Shown here: piece by piece, positions 32,160 through 42,459 of the stretch
How positions within the stretch are numbered: position 1 is the stretch's first letter
Layout of the letters: every line of letters starts with the position of its first letter
NCBI GenBank assembly: GCA_963848965.1
Contig: CAWKFG010000001.1
Location: 352,001 to 416,000 of the forward strand
DNA from: an uncultured bacterium
GTDB taxonomy: Bacteria; Babelota; Babeliae; Babelales; Babelaceae
Reading direction: 5' to 3'
DNA length: 64,000 nt
Program-made: the position numbers and the translations under genes
The notes under the pieces: model-generated
Database searches by the model: none
Told to the model about the DNA's origin: nothing
What the model saw: the letters and a program-made list of their open reading frames with translations, nothing else

Positions 32160-32711
32160 TTACTTTTGTGAAGTGACTTGCTCTTTAAGCTCTTGAGGAA
32201 GAGACTCTAACTGCTCGTCTTTAAATTTATCTCGCTGTCTTTGAATATGGTGTATAACTTGTTCTTTAAGTGAAGCAGGATGGGGTAGAACAAGATAGCT
32301 TTTGCCAGGATATATCTTAGAAGTATATGGTATTGCATAACTTGGAACTTCTGGCATATCTTCTAATGCATATCGTTTAAATGCTACCGGTAGATTTTCA
32401 ATGTCTTTGTGGATGTGATTTAGCCAGTCTATCGGTAGCAATGTTGCGGTAATAGTACCTTTACGATCCGGGCATTCTAGTTCTACTTTAGGGGTAGAAT
32501 AATTGGTAAATTCAGGTACGTTGTTATCAGTATAAGCTTCTGGTCTGTGATCCGGCGTTATGACTCTACATTCCTTACCATGAAGTATAAGGTTATTATC
32601 ATTTATTGTAGTTATTGGGACTAGGGGAAGTAGATCGAAAGATGGTACCCCATTTAATGAGAAACTGAACGGCAAACCTAAGAAAATGAAAAACTTTTTG
32701 AAGATAATCAC
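32160..32711 (-). CDS. Hypothetical secreted protein
   Basis: GTG start with RBS GAGGTG; signal peptide. Confidence 0.6.
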   Translation of the reverse strand: MIIFKKFFIFLGLPFSFSLNGVPSFDLLPLVPITTINDNNLILHGKECRVITPDHRPEAYTDNNVPEFTNYSTPKVELECPDRKGTITATLLPIDWLNHIHKDIENLPVAFKRYALEDMPEVPSYAIPYTSKIYPGKSYLVLPHPASLKEQVIHHIQRQRDKFKDEQLESLPQELKEQVTSQK

Positions 32712-32930
32712 GCTGCACCTCTATTTTTATGTGTTATTGTTAATTATACTATTATAGCCTAAAATACTAAACTTATACAACCAAATTGGATTATGCGGGC
32801 GCATAGAAATTTAAAATTCTATTGATTAATAATATACAATTATTTTATTATTTAAATCAAGTAAAATAGTTAAAAAATATTTTAAATAGTAAGCTTATTA
32901 CACTTTATTGAGAAATAGGAGCGACTCTTA

Positions 32931-33809
32931 TTGAACGTAAAGAAAGCGAAACTTGAGGGAGATTCTGCTATTAATAATCTTGCACGAGATTTACAGAACA
33001 CTTTTCCTGGTACAAGAGGATTTTCAAGTCGTAATCTCCGCTACATGGCTAATTTATATGCTACTTACTCTCAGAGTCAAAAATTGCAATCAATGATTGC
33101 AAAAATTAGTTGGACACATAATATAATTATTTTAGATCGTTGTTCTGATATGCTAGAGAGGGAGTTCTATATCAAAATGGCTGCTAAATATGGGTGGACC
33201 TCTCGGATGCTTATGAATTATATAGATAATCAGACTTATGAAAAAACATTACTTAGTGAAACCAATTTTGATAAAAGTCTTCCAGAAAATATCAAAAATA
33301 GGGTAAAACTGGCTCTAAAAGATGATTATACGTTCAGTTTTTTAGAACTTGGAGAAAAGTTTACAGAGTATCAGTTAGAAAAGGCTATATTAAGTAAAGT
33401 TGAACGATTTCTTAACGAGATGGTGGAATCTTTACATTTGTTAGTAGCCAATATCGGCTTGAAGTGGGGATTAAGAGTACTTTATAGATCTACTTCTCTA
33501 TCATCGTTTTTTAAGATGCCTTGTAGCTATAGAGCTGAAAATAGGTCCTTTTATACCTGAGTATATGGGCAAGATGCAATTTTATCTTTCGGTATTAGAT
33601 GATACCGTAAGGATTGACGGAGAAAATCCTTCCATTGGCATTATCCTCTGTAAGGATAAAAATAAGACTATAATAGAATAGCCTTAAAAGATGCAAGCAA
33701 GCCAATTGGGGTAGCAACTTATCAAATGGTTAAGAAGTTACCTCAACAATTAAAAGATCAACTTCCCTCTGTTGAGCAAATTGAGCAACTCCTTGATGAG
33801 TTAGATTAA
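32931..33809 (+). pseudogene. YhcG/DUF1016 PD-(D/E)XK nuclease, frameshifted
   Basis: GFSSRNLRYM, ISWTHN, REFYI, KDDYTFSFL; other frames continue GKMQFYL...ENPSIGIILC. Confidence 0.85.
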
Positions 33810-34058
33810 TATTACCAGTTACTGTGAATGAAATTGCTAAACTTGGAGCTTTAGCAGCATATTGCAATAGTATTCCTTATAATCTCTTCTATCTAAATAT
33901 TGTTGTTGTTATAGCGGTAAGCATAATATTTTTCTAAAAAATAGTTTTAAGCAAACCAAGTATTGATTGAATGCTCTCAAGGCTAAAGTTGAATTCTATA
34001 ATTTCGTTCCTGAATGCGTCAACGATTGTGTTAAAAGTCAACAAGTTTAAAAATTATT

Positions 34059-35003
34059 TTAAGTAGTTTGCCATTGTTCTCCTTTTCGAACCATAACATT
34101 TAAAATACCAATAACCTTTCGCATAACAGCAATGAGAGCAACTTTAGCTTTTTTACCAACAGTGCGTAGCCGTTTATAAAAGCATTTAAGTGCAGGATTA
34201 AATCTGATAACTGCTAATGTAGCCATATAAAGGATATCACGGGTAGCTTGTCTACCACCGCTAATTGATGCAGTGCCTTTAGATCCACCACTTTGCTTAA
34301 TAAAAGGTGCTACACCTAGAATAGCGGCTATTTGCTTATTACCGACTTTGCCAAGCTCAGGCATTTCTGCAAGCAAAGAGCAGGCAGTGACTTTGCCGAT
34401 ACCAGGCATAGACTCAATAATATGGCATTTTTTATTAAGAGATTCATTGTCTTGGATCAGCTGTTCAATTTCTTGTTCAACTTCCTGTAACTGTCTTTCC
34501 ATAAAGGAGATATGAGCTTCAAGAAAATTTTTACAGTAAACTTGTTGAGGATGCTGCAATTTATTGGTTTCTTGAACAATGTTTCGGACAATGTTAGTCC
34601 TGAATTTGACGAGAGCACAGAGCTTTAGCTCGTCTTGAGAACGAATAATCTCATGATATTTAGGCCGTTTTTGAGAAGCAAAGAGAGCAATCATTTGAGC
34701 ATCAATTTTATCAGTTTTAGCCTTAATGCCTTCAGAGATGATGAAGGCTCTAATGCGTCTAGGCTGAACTTGCCAAGCATTATAATTATTAATGCTAAGT
34801 TCTTGCTTGAGAAGGAAATCGTAACCACCAGAAGACTCAAAAACGATCTGTACGACAGTATAAGCAGAAAGTACTTGAATGAGTTTATTGATTCCAGCTT
34901 GTGAGTTAGCAACTCTAAAGTCTTTAGCCACAGGATGTAAGTGAATATCTAAAAATTTTTTAGAGATATCGATGCCGACAAAAATATGTGATATAGTATT
35001 CAT
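34059..35003 (-). CDS. IS110 transposase (bridge recombinase)
   Basis: GIDISK, FESSGGY, KTDKIDA (DEDD RuvC), PGIG, QSG. Confidence 0.95.
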   Translation of the reverse strand: MNTISHIFVGIDISKKFLDIHLHPVAKDFRVANSQAGINKLIQVLSAYTVVQIVFESSGGYDFLLKQELSINNYNAWQVQPRRIRAFIISEGIKAKTDKIDAQMIALFASQKRPKYHEIIRSQDELKLCALVKFRTNIVRNIVQETNKLQHPQQVYCKNFLEAHISFMERQLQEVEQEIEQLIQDNESLNKKCHIIESMPGIGKVTACSLLAEMPELGKVGNKQIAAILGVAPFIKQSGGSKGTASISGGRQATRDILYMATLAVIRFNPALKCFYKRLRTVGKKAKVALIAVMRKVIGILNVMVRKGEQWQTT

Positions 35004-35165
35004 ATAGTGCCTCGGTTTTGTATACGGGATCCTTGTCCCACTCGATTGTTCGAGCTGTACTATATATGCTAGCAGGTCCTAAGTTGACACTCGGTTTTAA
35101 AAACCAGGCAGGGGAACAGGCTCCTGCTAGCTTTCCTAAACTTAACGTCTCAAATTTAGGAACAT
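35003..35165 (-). ncRNA. IS110 bridge RNA, copy 1
   Basis: 5' hairpin, target loop (CCCCTGC / GTGTCAA) and donor loop (ACAATCG / TATACAAA) matching the insertion site and IS ends; RNA ends approximate. Confidence 0.85.
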
Positions 35166-35264
35166 AATTTCAATATACAAAGTAGGGGGCACCAACTTAA
35201 GTAAAGCTTATTTCCCATTTATATAGATTTTTAACTAAACATGTAATAGGTTAAGGAGCACGTA

Positions 35265-35591
35265 TTAGTTTTTCTTAAAAGTAGAGTGATTTGGTTGGTT
35301 TAATTGAGGTAAGCGTGCAAGAGGTTTATGTGATTGTTTTGCAATCCATAGATCATAGCGATATTGGAGATTAAGCCAGAATTCAGATGATGTACCAAAG
35401 ACGTCAGCAAAATCAAGCGCAATCGCTTCAGTGATTCTTCTTTTTTTGTTAACTATTTCACTTATTTTTGATTGAGTCCAAGTTCCTCCTAAATGCTTTG
35501 CTAATTGTTCTTGTGAAAGGTTAAGAGGCTTAAGAAATTCTTCTTGAAGAATTTCTCCTGGATGAGTAGGTATTCTTTTTGAGGGAATCAT
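35265..35591 (-). CDS. higA: HigA antitoxin
   Basis: PTHPGEILQEEFLKPL...FWLNLQ. Confidence 0.92.
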   Translation of the reverse strand: MIPSKRIPTHPGEILQEEFLKPLNLSQEQLAKHLGGTWTQSKISEIVNKKRRITEAIALDFADVFGTSSEFWLNLQYRYDLWIAKQSHKPLARLPQLNQPNHSTFKKN

Positions 35592-35606
35592 CTTTATTTC
35601 CTTAAT

Positions 35607-35900
35607 TTAATGATAATCTATAATTTCAACATTTTCTGCTCCATCTGCGCTCCAGGAAAATATGATTCGATATTGATCATTAATTCGAATACTATAGTAT
35701 CCTTGTAATGTACCTTTAAGAGCCTCTAAACGGTTTGCTGGAGGCACTTTAAGATCATTAAGAGTATATGCAGCATCAATCATATCGAGTTTTCTACATG
35801 CAATAGAATGTAGTAAAGGATCAAGCTTTTTTCTTGCTTGTTTAGAATTGATACCATTAAAAATATCTTTTGTACCTTCATCAGCAAATGATCGAATCAT
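35607..35900 (-). CDS. higB: HigB toxin
   Basis: MIRSF...PPANRLEALKG...YSIRINDQYRI. Confidence 0.92.
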   Translation of the reverse strand: MIRSFADEGTKDIFNGINSKQARKKLDPLLHSIACRKLDMIDAAYTLNDLKVPPANRLEALKGTLQGYYSIRINDQYRIIFSWSADGAENVEIIDYH

Positions 35901-35939
35901 TACTCTGCCTCTGTAATTTTATATCATTATATAATATAT

Positions 35940-36015
35940 CAATATATAAATCAAGTTTAGGATCAACAATAAGTTTTTTGGTTCTGAATGTGTCAACGAT
36001 TGTGTTAAAAGTCAA
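35940..36015 (-). repeat. att-like tail remnant joined to an orphan IS110 right end
   Basis: 21-bp IS end TTGACTTTTAACACAATCGTT (36015-35995) followed by GACACATTCAGAACC (D-T-F-R-T). Confidence 0.75.
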
Positions 36016-36028
36016 AGAATTTTACTTT

Positions 36029-36466
36029 TTATAAAAGAGTAAGTTCTGAATGTGTAATGCCTTGAGAAATATATCCAATAGCTTGCCTGTGACCAGACAT
36101 AAGCGAGGAAGGTAGTTGATCAGAGAAAAACCAATCAAGCCTTGGATGCTTGGTAATCTCTTTATTGATAGGATCTCCTTGCCAAGAAGTGATAACAAAA
36201 AAGAAGGCTATACAATCTTGGGGCAAGCGTCTTATATGCATAACATGAGCAAAGGTAATATGTTGAGGGTCAACTACAATATTGATCTCTTCTTCTAACT
36301 CTCGCCTTATCGCATTCTGAAGCGATTCATGTTCTTGAGGCTTACCTCCAGGTAGACAGTAAGTATTATCCATAAAGCCTGTACTTTTTCGTTCAAGTAA
36401 CAGAATTTGATTACTTTTACTATCAGGTTTCTTCTTTATAACGAGAGCATCAACATAGACAATCAT
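36029..36466 (-). CDS. NUDIX hydrolase
   Basis: Nudix box PGGKPQEHESLQNAIRRELEEEINI. Confidence 0.9.
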   Translation of the reverse strand: MIVYVDALVIKKKPDSKSNQILLLERKSTGFMDNTYCLPGGKPQEHESLQNAIRRELEEEINIVVDPQHITFAHVMHIRRLPQDCIAFFFVITSWQGDPINKEITKHPRLDWFFSDQLPSSLMSGHRQAIGYISQGITHSELTLL

Positions 36467-36590
36467 ATTTGATAAGCCTCATTTTTCTCTTAACCCACTG
36501 CAAGAAGCCTACTTCAATATTACTATAGAAAGGGAGTTTATAAAAGGAATGGTTATGGTTAAAAAACAAAAACCATCAAAAAACGCTCCT

Positions 36591-36770
36591 ATTGGGACTT
36601 TGGCCAAAGATCTTCCAAATGAGTTTCCGGGTATAGAGGGATTGTCAAGTCATAATATTTTAGAATAAGAGCTTTTTATAGGGCTTATTAAAGAGTGCCA
36701 CAGCCTGTGGCACAATTAGAAGAGCTCCCAGTTTTTAGGACTCCGTGAGGCCATAATGCATTATTATGGA
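36591..36770 (+). pseudogene. DUF1016 N-terminal remnant
   Basis: LAKDLPNEFPGIEGLS...PQPVAQLEELPVF, with stops. Confidence 0.6.
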
Positions 36771-36971
36771 TAATATAGCGGGAACTAGAGCTTCTACAGC
36801 TGCTGACCCCTCATTCATTTAATCAGTACTTGTTGGCTTTCTGGTGTTTTCTCTCGTAAATACTGAGGATTTTTTTAACACCAAGATCTAGTAGATATGC
36901 CAATTTACAATTTTGAAACTGTGAAGTATTATCAAATAAAACGCTCTTTGTTGCTTTGGGAAAGGGATCAT

Positions 36972-37541
36972 ATGATTTTAACTGGTTTTAAAATTGCCAT
37001 TTTAATAACTAGTGGATTTCAGCAAATTGAGATGACAAGCCCACGAAAAGTTTTAAAAGATGCTGGTGCTATTGTTCACATTGTGTCTCCTGAAAAAGAT
37101 ACAGTTCAAGGTTGGGATTGTGATGTTCCAAAAGCATTAGAGAAATTTCCTGTAGATGTTAATTTGAATGACGCATCACCTGATAATTACGATGCTTTAT
37201 TGGTTCCAGGAGGTTATGGAAGTCCAGAAGAGCTACGGCTTAATAAGAAAGCTATAGCGTTTGTTAAAGCATTTGCACATAAGCCAATTGCAGCTATTTG
37301 TCATGGTCCTAGCTTACTTATTAATGCGCATCTGACAAAGAATAAAACGCTTACTTCCTATCCAGCAATTGAGCAAGATTTAATAAATGCTGGCGCTCAT
37401 TGGATTAATAAAGCTGTGGTCATCGATGATAATTTAATAACAAGCCGTTCACCAGAAGATATAGAAGTGTTTAATAAAGCTATTCTTGACGTATTTAGCA
37501 AAGTCAAAACGAGAAAAGTTAATAAGAGGCCTAAAGTGTAA
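36972..37541 (+). CDS. PfpI/DJ-1 family protein
   Basis: YDALLVPGG, AAICHGP, LITSRSPED. Confidence 0.92.
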   Translation: MILTGFKIAILITSGFQQIEMTSPRKVLKDAGAIVHIVSPEKDTVQGWDCDVPKALEKFPVDVNLNDASPDNYDALLVPGGYGSPEELRLNKKAIAFVKAFAHKPIAAICHGPSLLINAHLTKNKTLTSYPAIEQDLINAGAHWINKAVVIDDNLITSRSPEDIEVFNKAILDVFSKVKTRKVNKRPKV

Positions 37542-37557
37542 AGTGGATAAAGACTCT

Positions 37558-37630
37558 ATGAAACGAGAGAACTTTGCTACTAACACAAAGTAGGAGCCAA
37601 TTGTAGGTTATTCTAGGACTGTAAAATTGA
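37558..37630 (+). pseudogene. RidA-family N-terminal remnant (second remnant at 56072-56116)
   Basis: MKRENFATNTK*EPIVGYSRTVK; near-identical start at 56072 (MKRENFAINTKWEPI). Confidence 0.6.
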
Positions 37631-37652
37631 TAGCGTTTCTCTAGTACAGATT

Positions 37653-38030
37653 TTAAGGAACAAAGAGTTTGGGCTCTCCTGTCTCTTCTAAATCGTCTCC
37701 TATATCTATATCGGCTAGACATATATGTTGTGTATCCTGACTTGCTGGAATTTTAGATTTTATAGCTAAAAGTTGTTGCTTTCCCAGAGCGATTTCTTTT
37801 GCATAATAAGATGCCACTTCCTCTAGTAAAGATTGAGGACGAGATAATGACTTGTACTTTACATCCGGTAAATCAAAATCCAAAGGCTTTTTAGGAAATG
37901 ATAGATTAATAGAAGCAATAATAGTGCTTTGGTCGGTTATTACTTTTGAAGATTCTAGGGCCTGTTCCATGCTATAGAGTTTTGCGTTTACTATTATAGC
38001 TAAGACTATAAAACCAATATTTTTATACAT
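37653..38030 (-). CDS. Hypothetical secreted protein (possibly truncated)
   Basis: Signal peptide LYSME. Confidence 0.55.
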   Translation of the reverse strand: MYKNIGFIVLAIIVNAKLYSMEQALESSKVITDQSTIIASINLSFPKKPLDFDLPDVKYKSLSRPQSLLEEVASYYAKEIALGKQQLLAIKSKIPASQDTQHICLADIDIGDDLEETGEPKLFVP

Positions 38031-38263
38031 ATTCTAGCACCTTTAAGAAGTATTAGATTAACTTTATAAATTATATACTAATAGAAACTCGTAATAGGTC
38101 AAGCTCAAAGTTTTTATAGGAGATGCCCGATTAATACGGCTTTATAGAAAAATGAAGCTTCAAACAATGGTTTATTGACAAAGTGTATTTTGTGGGTTAA
38201 TTTAGTGGAGGTACTTATGAATTCGTAAGATTTATAACATTAGTTAGACTGGGGATCCTTGCT

Positions 38264-40438
38264 ATGAATTATTTATGTATGATATATGCTTTAACTGCCC
38301 TCATAAGCTTTTCCTTAAATGGGATGCAGCAAGAAGTAAAAACACATCCAAATGAAACTTATAAGAAAAATTTGGAGTTACAGCAACAATTAATAAGAAG
38401 CTCTTTAAAGAGAGCCATTGATTCTTTTGCTCATAGCCAAGTAACTTCAGTACCTCAAGTATCTCTCTACACAACTCAACCAACACAATGGTTATTAGCT
38501 CCGATGCAGAAGGCTATAGTTGATGCTCAAATGGATATGCTAAAAAATATAGCTCCGGATAAAAACGAATTAACTGTTGTCTGTGCAGGAAATAGTAACT
38601 CTTGTACAAGTGCTATTTATGAAAAACTTGCAGTTAAAAAGCGTGTTATCAGCACAACAACAGAGAAAGCTTCTCCAGAATCAGTAGATATTATACTAGC
38701 ACCGTATACACTGTATAGTGAAATGGAATCTCTATTTAAAGCTTCCGAAGATCTTCTGTCTTCAGAAGATCCTTTACCCTTAGAAAGTCATCCGCTATTT
38801 AATTATTTTAGTAAGTTAAGCAAAGATGGGGTCTTTATTGTCACATTGCATAGCGGACCTAACGTGCAGGATTTTACTAACTTACTACTTAATAAGCATG
38901 AGCTTGATCTTACGCAGGTGCATCAAGCTGTACAGCCAAAGTTAAAAATATTTAATTCAATAGAGACATTTCTTCGTTGTTTAGACATATTTAAAAAATA
39001 TTATACACAAAAGACTGGTAAAGTTATTACCTGTGACTTATCATTCTCTTTGCCTCATATACCTCTCGATGTATTTTGTAACGAATATGTAAAACAATAT
39101 CCAGAACTTGGACATATGAATAATGAGCAGCTTGAGAAGTTTATACGTCTTCTTTCAGTTTTTGCTGTTGGCAATGATATCGTAGACCTTGCTATTACTT
39201 TAAAAATGTCGATAAAAGAATCAAGTGATCAGTCACAGCGTTCTTTCAAGCCTATACCAGGTATAATGAGTCTGCTTAAGAGTGAACCTATTGTGTCTCA
39301 AGGTAAGTCTAATGAGATTTCGCTAGGGCAACAGAATCTTGATAAACAGATTCAGAATTTAGAGGGTAGTGAACTATCTATGGTCCATATTAAGGGTGCA
39401 GACGGGGCAGCACAATTAGAAGCCATAAAGTCCGTTATTGGTCGTCCAAATCTTAACGTTGTTGATTTAGGAGGGGGACGTGGTGAAACTAATGCTCTTA
39501 TGAAAGCGCTTAAGGACTCTGGCTCAAACGTTCATCTATTAAATATTGAGCCGCATAAACCCTTTAAACCATTATATCTTGATGCACAAAATGCTGTTGG
39601 TATAACAGATGTAGAGGTATGGGAGCAAACTGCTCAACAACTATCAGCGCCTGAGGTAGTAAAACACTTTAAAGATAATAAGTAGATATACTCTATGCTT
39701 CGCATTCATTTTACTTTCTGTTAGGCGATTTATACAAAGCATCATTAGAGTATGCTCATGGATCTTCTACAACGCCATTAGCACAATCCATTATGGAAAT
39801 ATTTTGACATGCTTCATGAAAAGGGAATATTAGTCATTACTATGCAAAGTGGTGCTGGTGCCCGTCTATTTAGAAATGCGTTACTTGGCAATCACGGACT
39901 TAACCAACCAGCGCCAAATGTTGCTGACGAAACAGTTCCACTTTTAAGTAGTTTTGGTAATATGGCAACCTTATTACGTTCCTTTGAACTTTTTGCAGAT
40001 CATTACCAAAAAGAAACTGGTAAAGTAATTACTATTAAAATGCACTACTCTGTTGCTAATGTGCCACTTGGTAGCTATACCATAGGACAAAATCCAGAAA
40101 CCAAAGGTTATATTCTTCATGATGAGAGTAAGGAGCAAAATATGCTTGCATTAAGGATGCTTGATTTCTACGGTAACTGGCGTGAGTTACAAACACTTGC
40201 AAATGTAACTCCGGAAAAGGTTGCTGCTATGGATGTTGAAATGCAGAGGAAATTAGGGCTGGAAAACGCTACGCAGGAAGCAATTATAGCTAAACGAGAA
40301 AATGCTCGTAAAATGCAAGAAACATTCCTTCATATTTTGAGAGTATTTGCTCTAGCAAGAAAGAATATGCAGCACCCTAATATTACTCTAGAATTTAGTA
40401 TTGAACCACAACAAAAGAATACTGTTTTATCTAAGTAA
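38264..40438 (+). pseudogene. Secreted tandem SAM-methyltransferase-like protein, frameshifted
   Basis: VVDLGGGRG, LNIEP, then VDILYASHSFY in another frame after 39680; internal duplication (KTGKVIT / ETGKVIT). Confidence 0.7.
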
Positions 40439-40550
40439 AATGGAAGTTCCTTAAAAGAATGAGTTAAACTGCCGCTCAAGATGAACCTAGAGAGTTTGAG
40501 AGAGCTGAATTTCTAGGTTCAAAAAAAAGTTATGCGGGTGTAAGCAGTAA

Positions 40551-40668
40551 TTAGTTTTGATAGAAAAGTAAAGCTTGTTGTATATCTTTAAGGTCAACTT
40601 CAAACAAGATACTTTTGTTCCTAAAATAGTGCTACTTGATAGCACCATAAGTCAAGCAGGGGGCGCCA
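40551..40668 (-). repeat. att-like integrase tail with 22-nt hairpin insertion
   Basis: WRPLLDL-[TGGTGCTATCAAGTAGCACTAT]-FRNKSILFEVDLKDIQQALLFYQN*; shares GCGCCA with the tRNA 3' end. Confidence 0.75.
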
Positions 40669-40697
40669 CCCTTCGCTAAAGCTTCGACTGGCAGGCC
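40669..40697. repeat. Small REP-like palindromic repeat (related copies ~50841-50871, 52095-52132, 61401-61438)
   Basis: CCTTCGCTAAAGCTTCG..GGCAGG family. Confidence 0.6.
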
Positions 40698-40874
40698 AGT
40701 TCTTTAAAGCATGATATAAATATTTGGTCATCAGAAACAAAATACTGCTCTATCTCATTACCTAAGACTTTCTTATAATTACTTATTAAATAATAATTTA
40801 TAATATATTAAATTATAGTTAATTATATAAATATGATATAAATACTTAAAAATATAATTAAAGGAATTATTCTT

Positions 40875-41637
40875 ATGAGACTATATATAGCTAGTATATT
40901 TTTAATATTAAGTGGTTCTTGCTTTGGAATGGCGTTAGAGTCTACGAAAGAGGAAAGTGGAAATGTAAATGCTCTTTTACGAGTTTTCCCAAGCGAGCTT
41001 CTTGAAGGACTAGAACCGTATAGAAGATATGCTCAATTTGCCGCTGTTCCTATCGATATTATACAATCAGCAAGTACACTTGAAGAGGCAATTGAAAGCT
41101 TAAAAAAACTTGAAAATATCTCGACCGGAGTACGCAAAATATTTTAGTGACCCAAGAATTATTGATATACTTATTAATACTTTAACTATTAAATTTAAAA
41201 AACGACAAAAAGACTTAATTGATAAACTTTATGAAAAAGAATTTAATCAAGAAGGGTTAGACAGTTGGCTGAATAAAATATTACCCATACAGCAGGAGCT
41301 GCTTGAGGCAGCTTCAGCAGGGAATTTAGAAAAGGTAAAGCAACTTCTTGCAAAAGATAAATATAATATTAATGCTTTAGATTTGGCTAACTATACTCCC
41401 CTTTTCAATGCCGTTGAGCAGGAGCATATTCCTATAGTTCAATATTTACTTGAACACGGAGCTGATATTCATGCTCAAGCTGTAACAGGTAATACGCCTT
41501 TACATCGTGCAATTATTAGAGATAATCCTCAACTAGTAAGATTATTACTTGAGTATGGTGCTGATCCTTGGATTGAGGATATGTTTGGTGCAACAGCCTT
41601 GGATAAAGCTCTACAAAAAAGAATCCAGAAATTTTGA
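40875..41637 (+). pseudogene. Frameshifted secreted ankyrin protein
   Basis: Two overlapping ORFs: signal peptide plus FPSEL, then ankyrin repeats. Confidence 0.75.
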
Positions 41638-41842
41638 AGCTTTTTAAAGAAGTTACCGTTGAATCTAAAGTGCACAAAAGGTCGAGGTACTACTCTTTTT
41701 ATTAATCTATATCCATTGTATTAAGAAGATAAAAATGGGATGTATCTAAAAAATTAAAATCAACTAGGAAGTTAAATACTTCCTAGTTCTTTCACGTTAA
41801 ATGTGGTTAATGCAATGTAACCTTTAATTCTTTCCTAATTAT

Positions 41843-42087
41843 TGGTCACACGGCTAAGAGTTATTGAGGTTATAGAATAATTGTTTGGATCAAGTAATCG
41901 CTTAAGAGCGCTTCTACTAGTACCTAGATGCTTAGCCATCTCTGTTTGGCTTATACGATTTACCATCTCTTGTTGTAGTTCATAGGTTATTATTTGCTTT
42001 ATAGCTGCAGCTTCAGCTTTTTCTAGGATACCTTCTTTTTTAAGAAAGAGTATCGAAATCGGATTCTATATGCTTATTATTTTCCAT
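41843..42087 (-). pseudogene. XRE/HTH antitoxin-like remnant
   Basis: MENNKHIESDFD, frameshift, then GILEKAEAAAIKQ...SQTEMAKHLGTSRSALKRLLDP. Confidence 0.65.
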
Positions 42088-42117
42088 TGCTCTCTCTTAT
42101 CTAAATGTATAGGGAAG

Positions 42118-42435
42118 TTAGCGGTTATTCTTGGTGGTCAAGGGTATAACTTCTCCATCTTTTTGAGCTTGTAAGGTATAACCTAAGCCATTAAATATTT
42201 TAATAAGACTAGCAGCGCTTATTCTTCTATTTCCAGAACGAATTCCTTGAATGATAGTAGGAGATACTCCAGCTTCTTCAGCTAACCTTCTTACTGTAAT
42301 TCCATCTCTATGCATAGCCGCTAAGATGAGCTCTGATATTAAGAGATTTTCGTAATCTCGTTCAAATTCCTTTAACTCGCGTGGGCTTAATTTTTCAATA
42401 AGCTCATCGTAGGTAGATTTCATTTTTTTAGTCAT
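42118..42435 (-). CDS. XRE-family HTH protein (antitoxin-like)
   Basis: ITVRRLAEEAGVSPTIIQGIRSG. Confidence 0.8.
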   Translation of the reverse strand: MTKKMKSTYDELIEKLSPRELKEFERDYENLLISELILAAMHRDGITVRRLAEEAGVSPTIIQGIRSGNRRISAASLIKIFNGLGYTLQAQKDGEVIPLTTKNNR

Positions 42436-42459
42436 TGTAATATCCTTTATTATATCTTT

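Larger units (their letters stand above)
34021..35181 (-). mobile_element. IS110-family element, copy 1
   Basis: Boundaries set by identity to copy 2 and the TT core at both ends. Confidence 0.93.
33934..35194 (-). repeat. att-like integrase C-terminal tail 1 (interrupted by IS110)
   Basis: With the IS removed it reads WCPLLDAFRNEIIEFNFSLESIQSILGLLKTIF*; ends in GGGGGCACCA, resembling a tRNA 3' end. Confidence 0.75.

Noticed and set aside
33961..34020. Shared flank treated as part of the IS110
   Set aside because: Copies diverge here and the bridge RNA donor guides put the end at 34021; it is target sequence
35182..35194. GGGGGCACCA-type motifs as tRNA genes
   Set aside because: No T arm or cloverleaf upstream; interpreted as att-like cores
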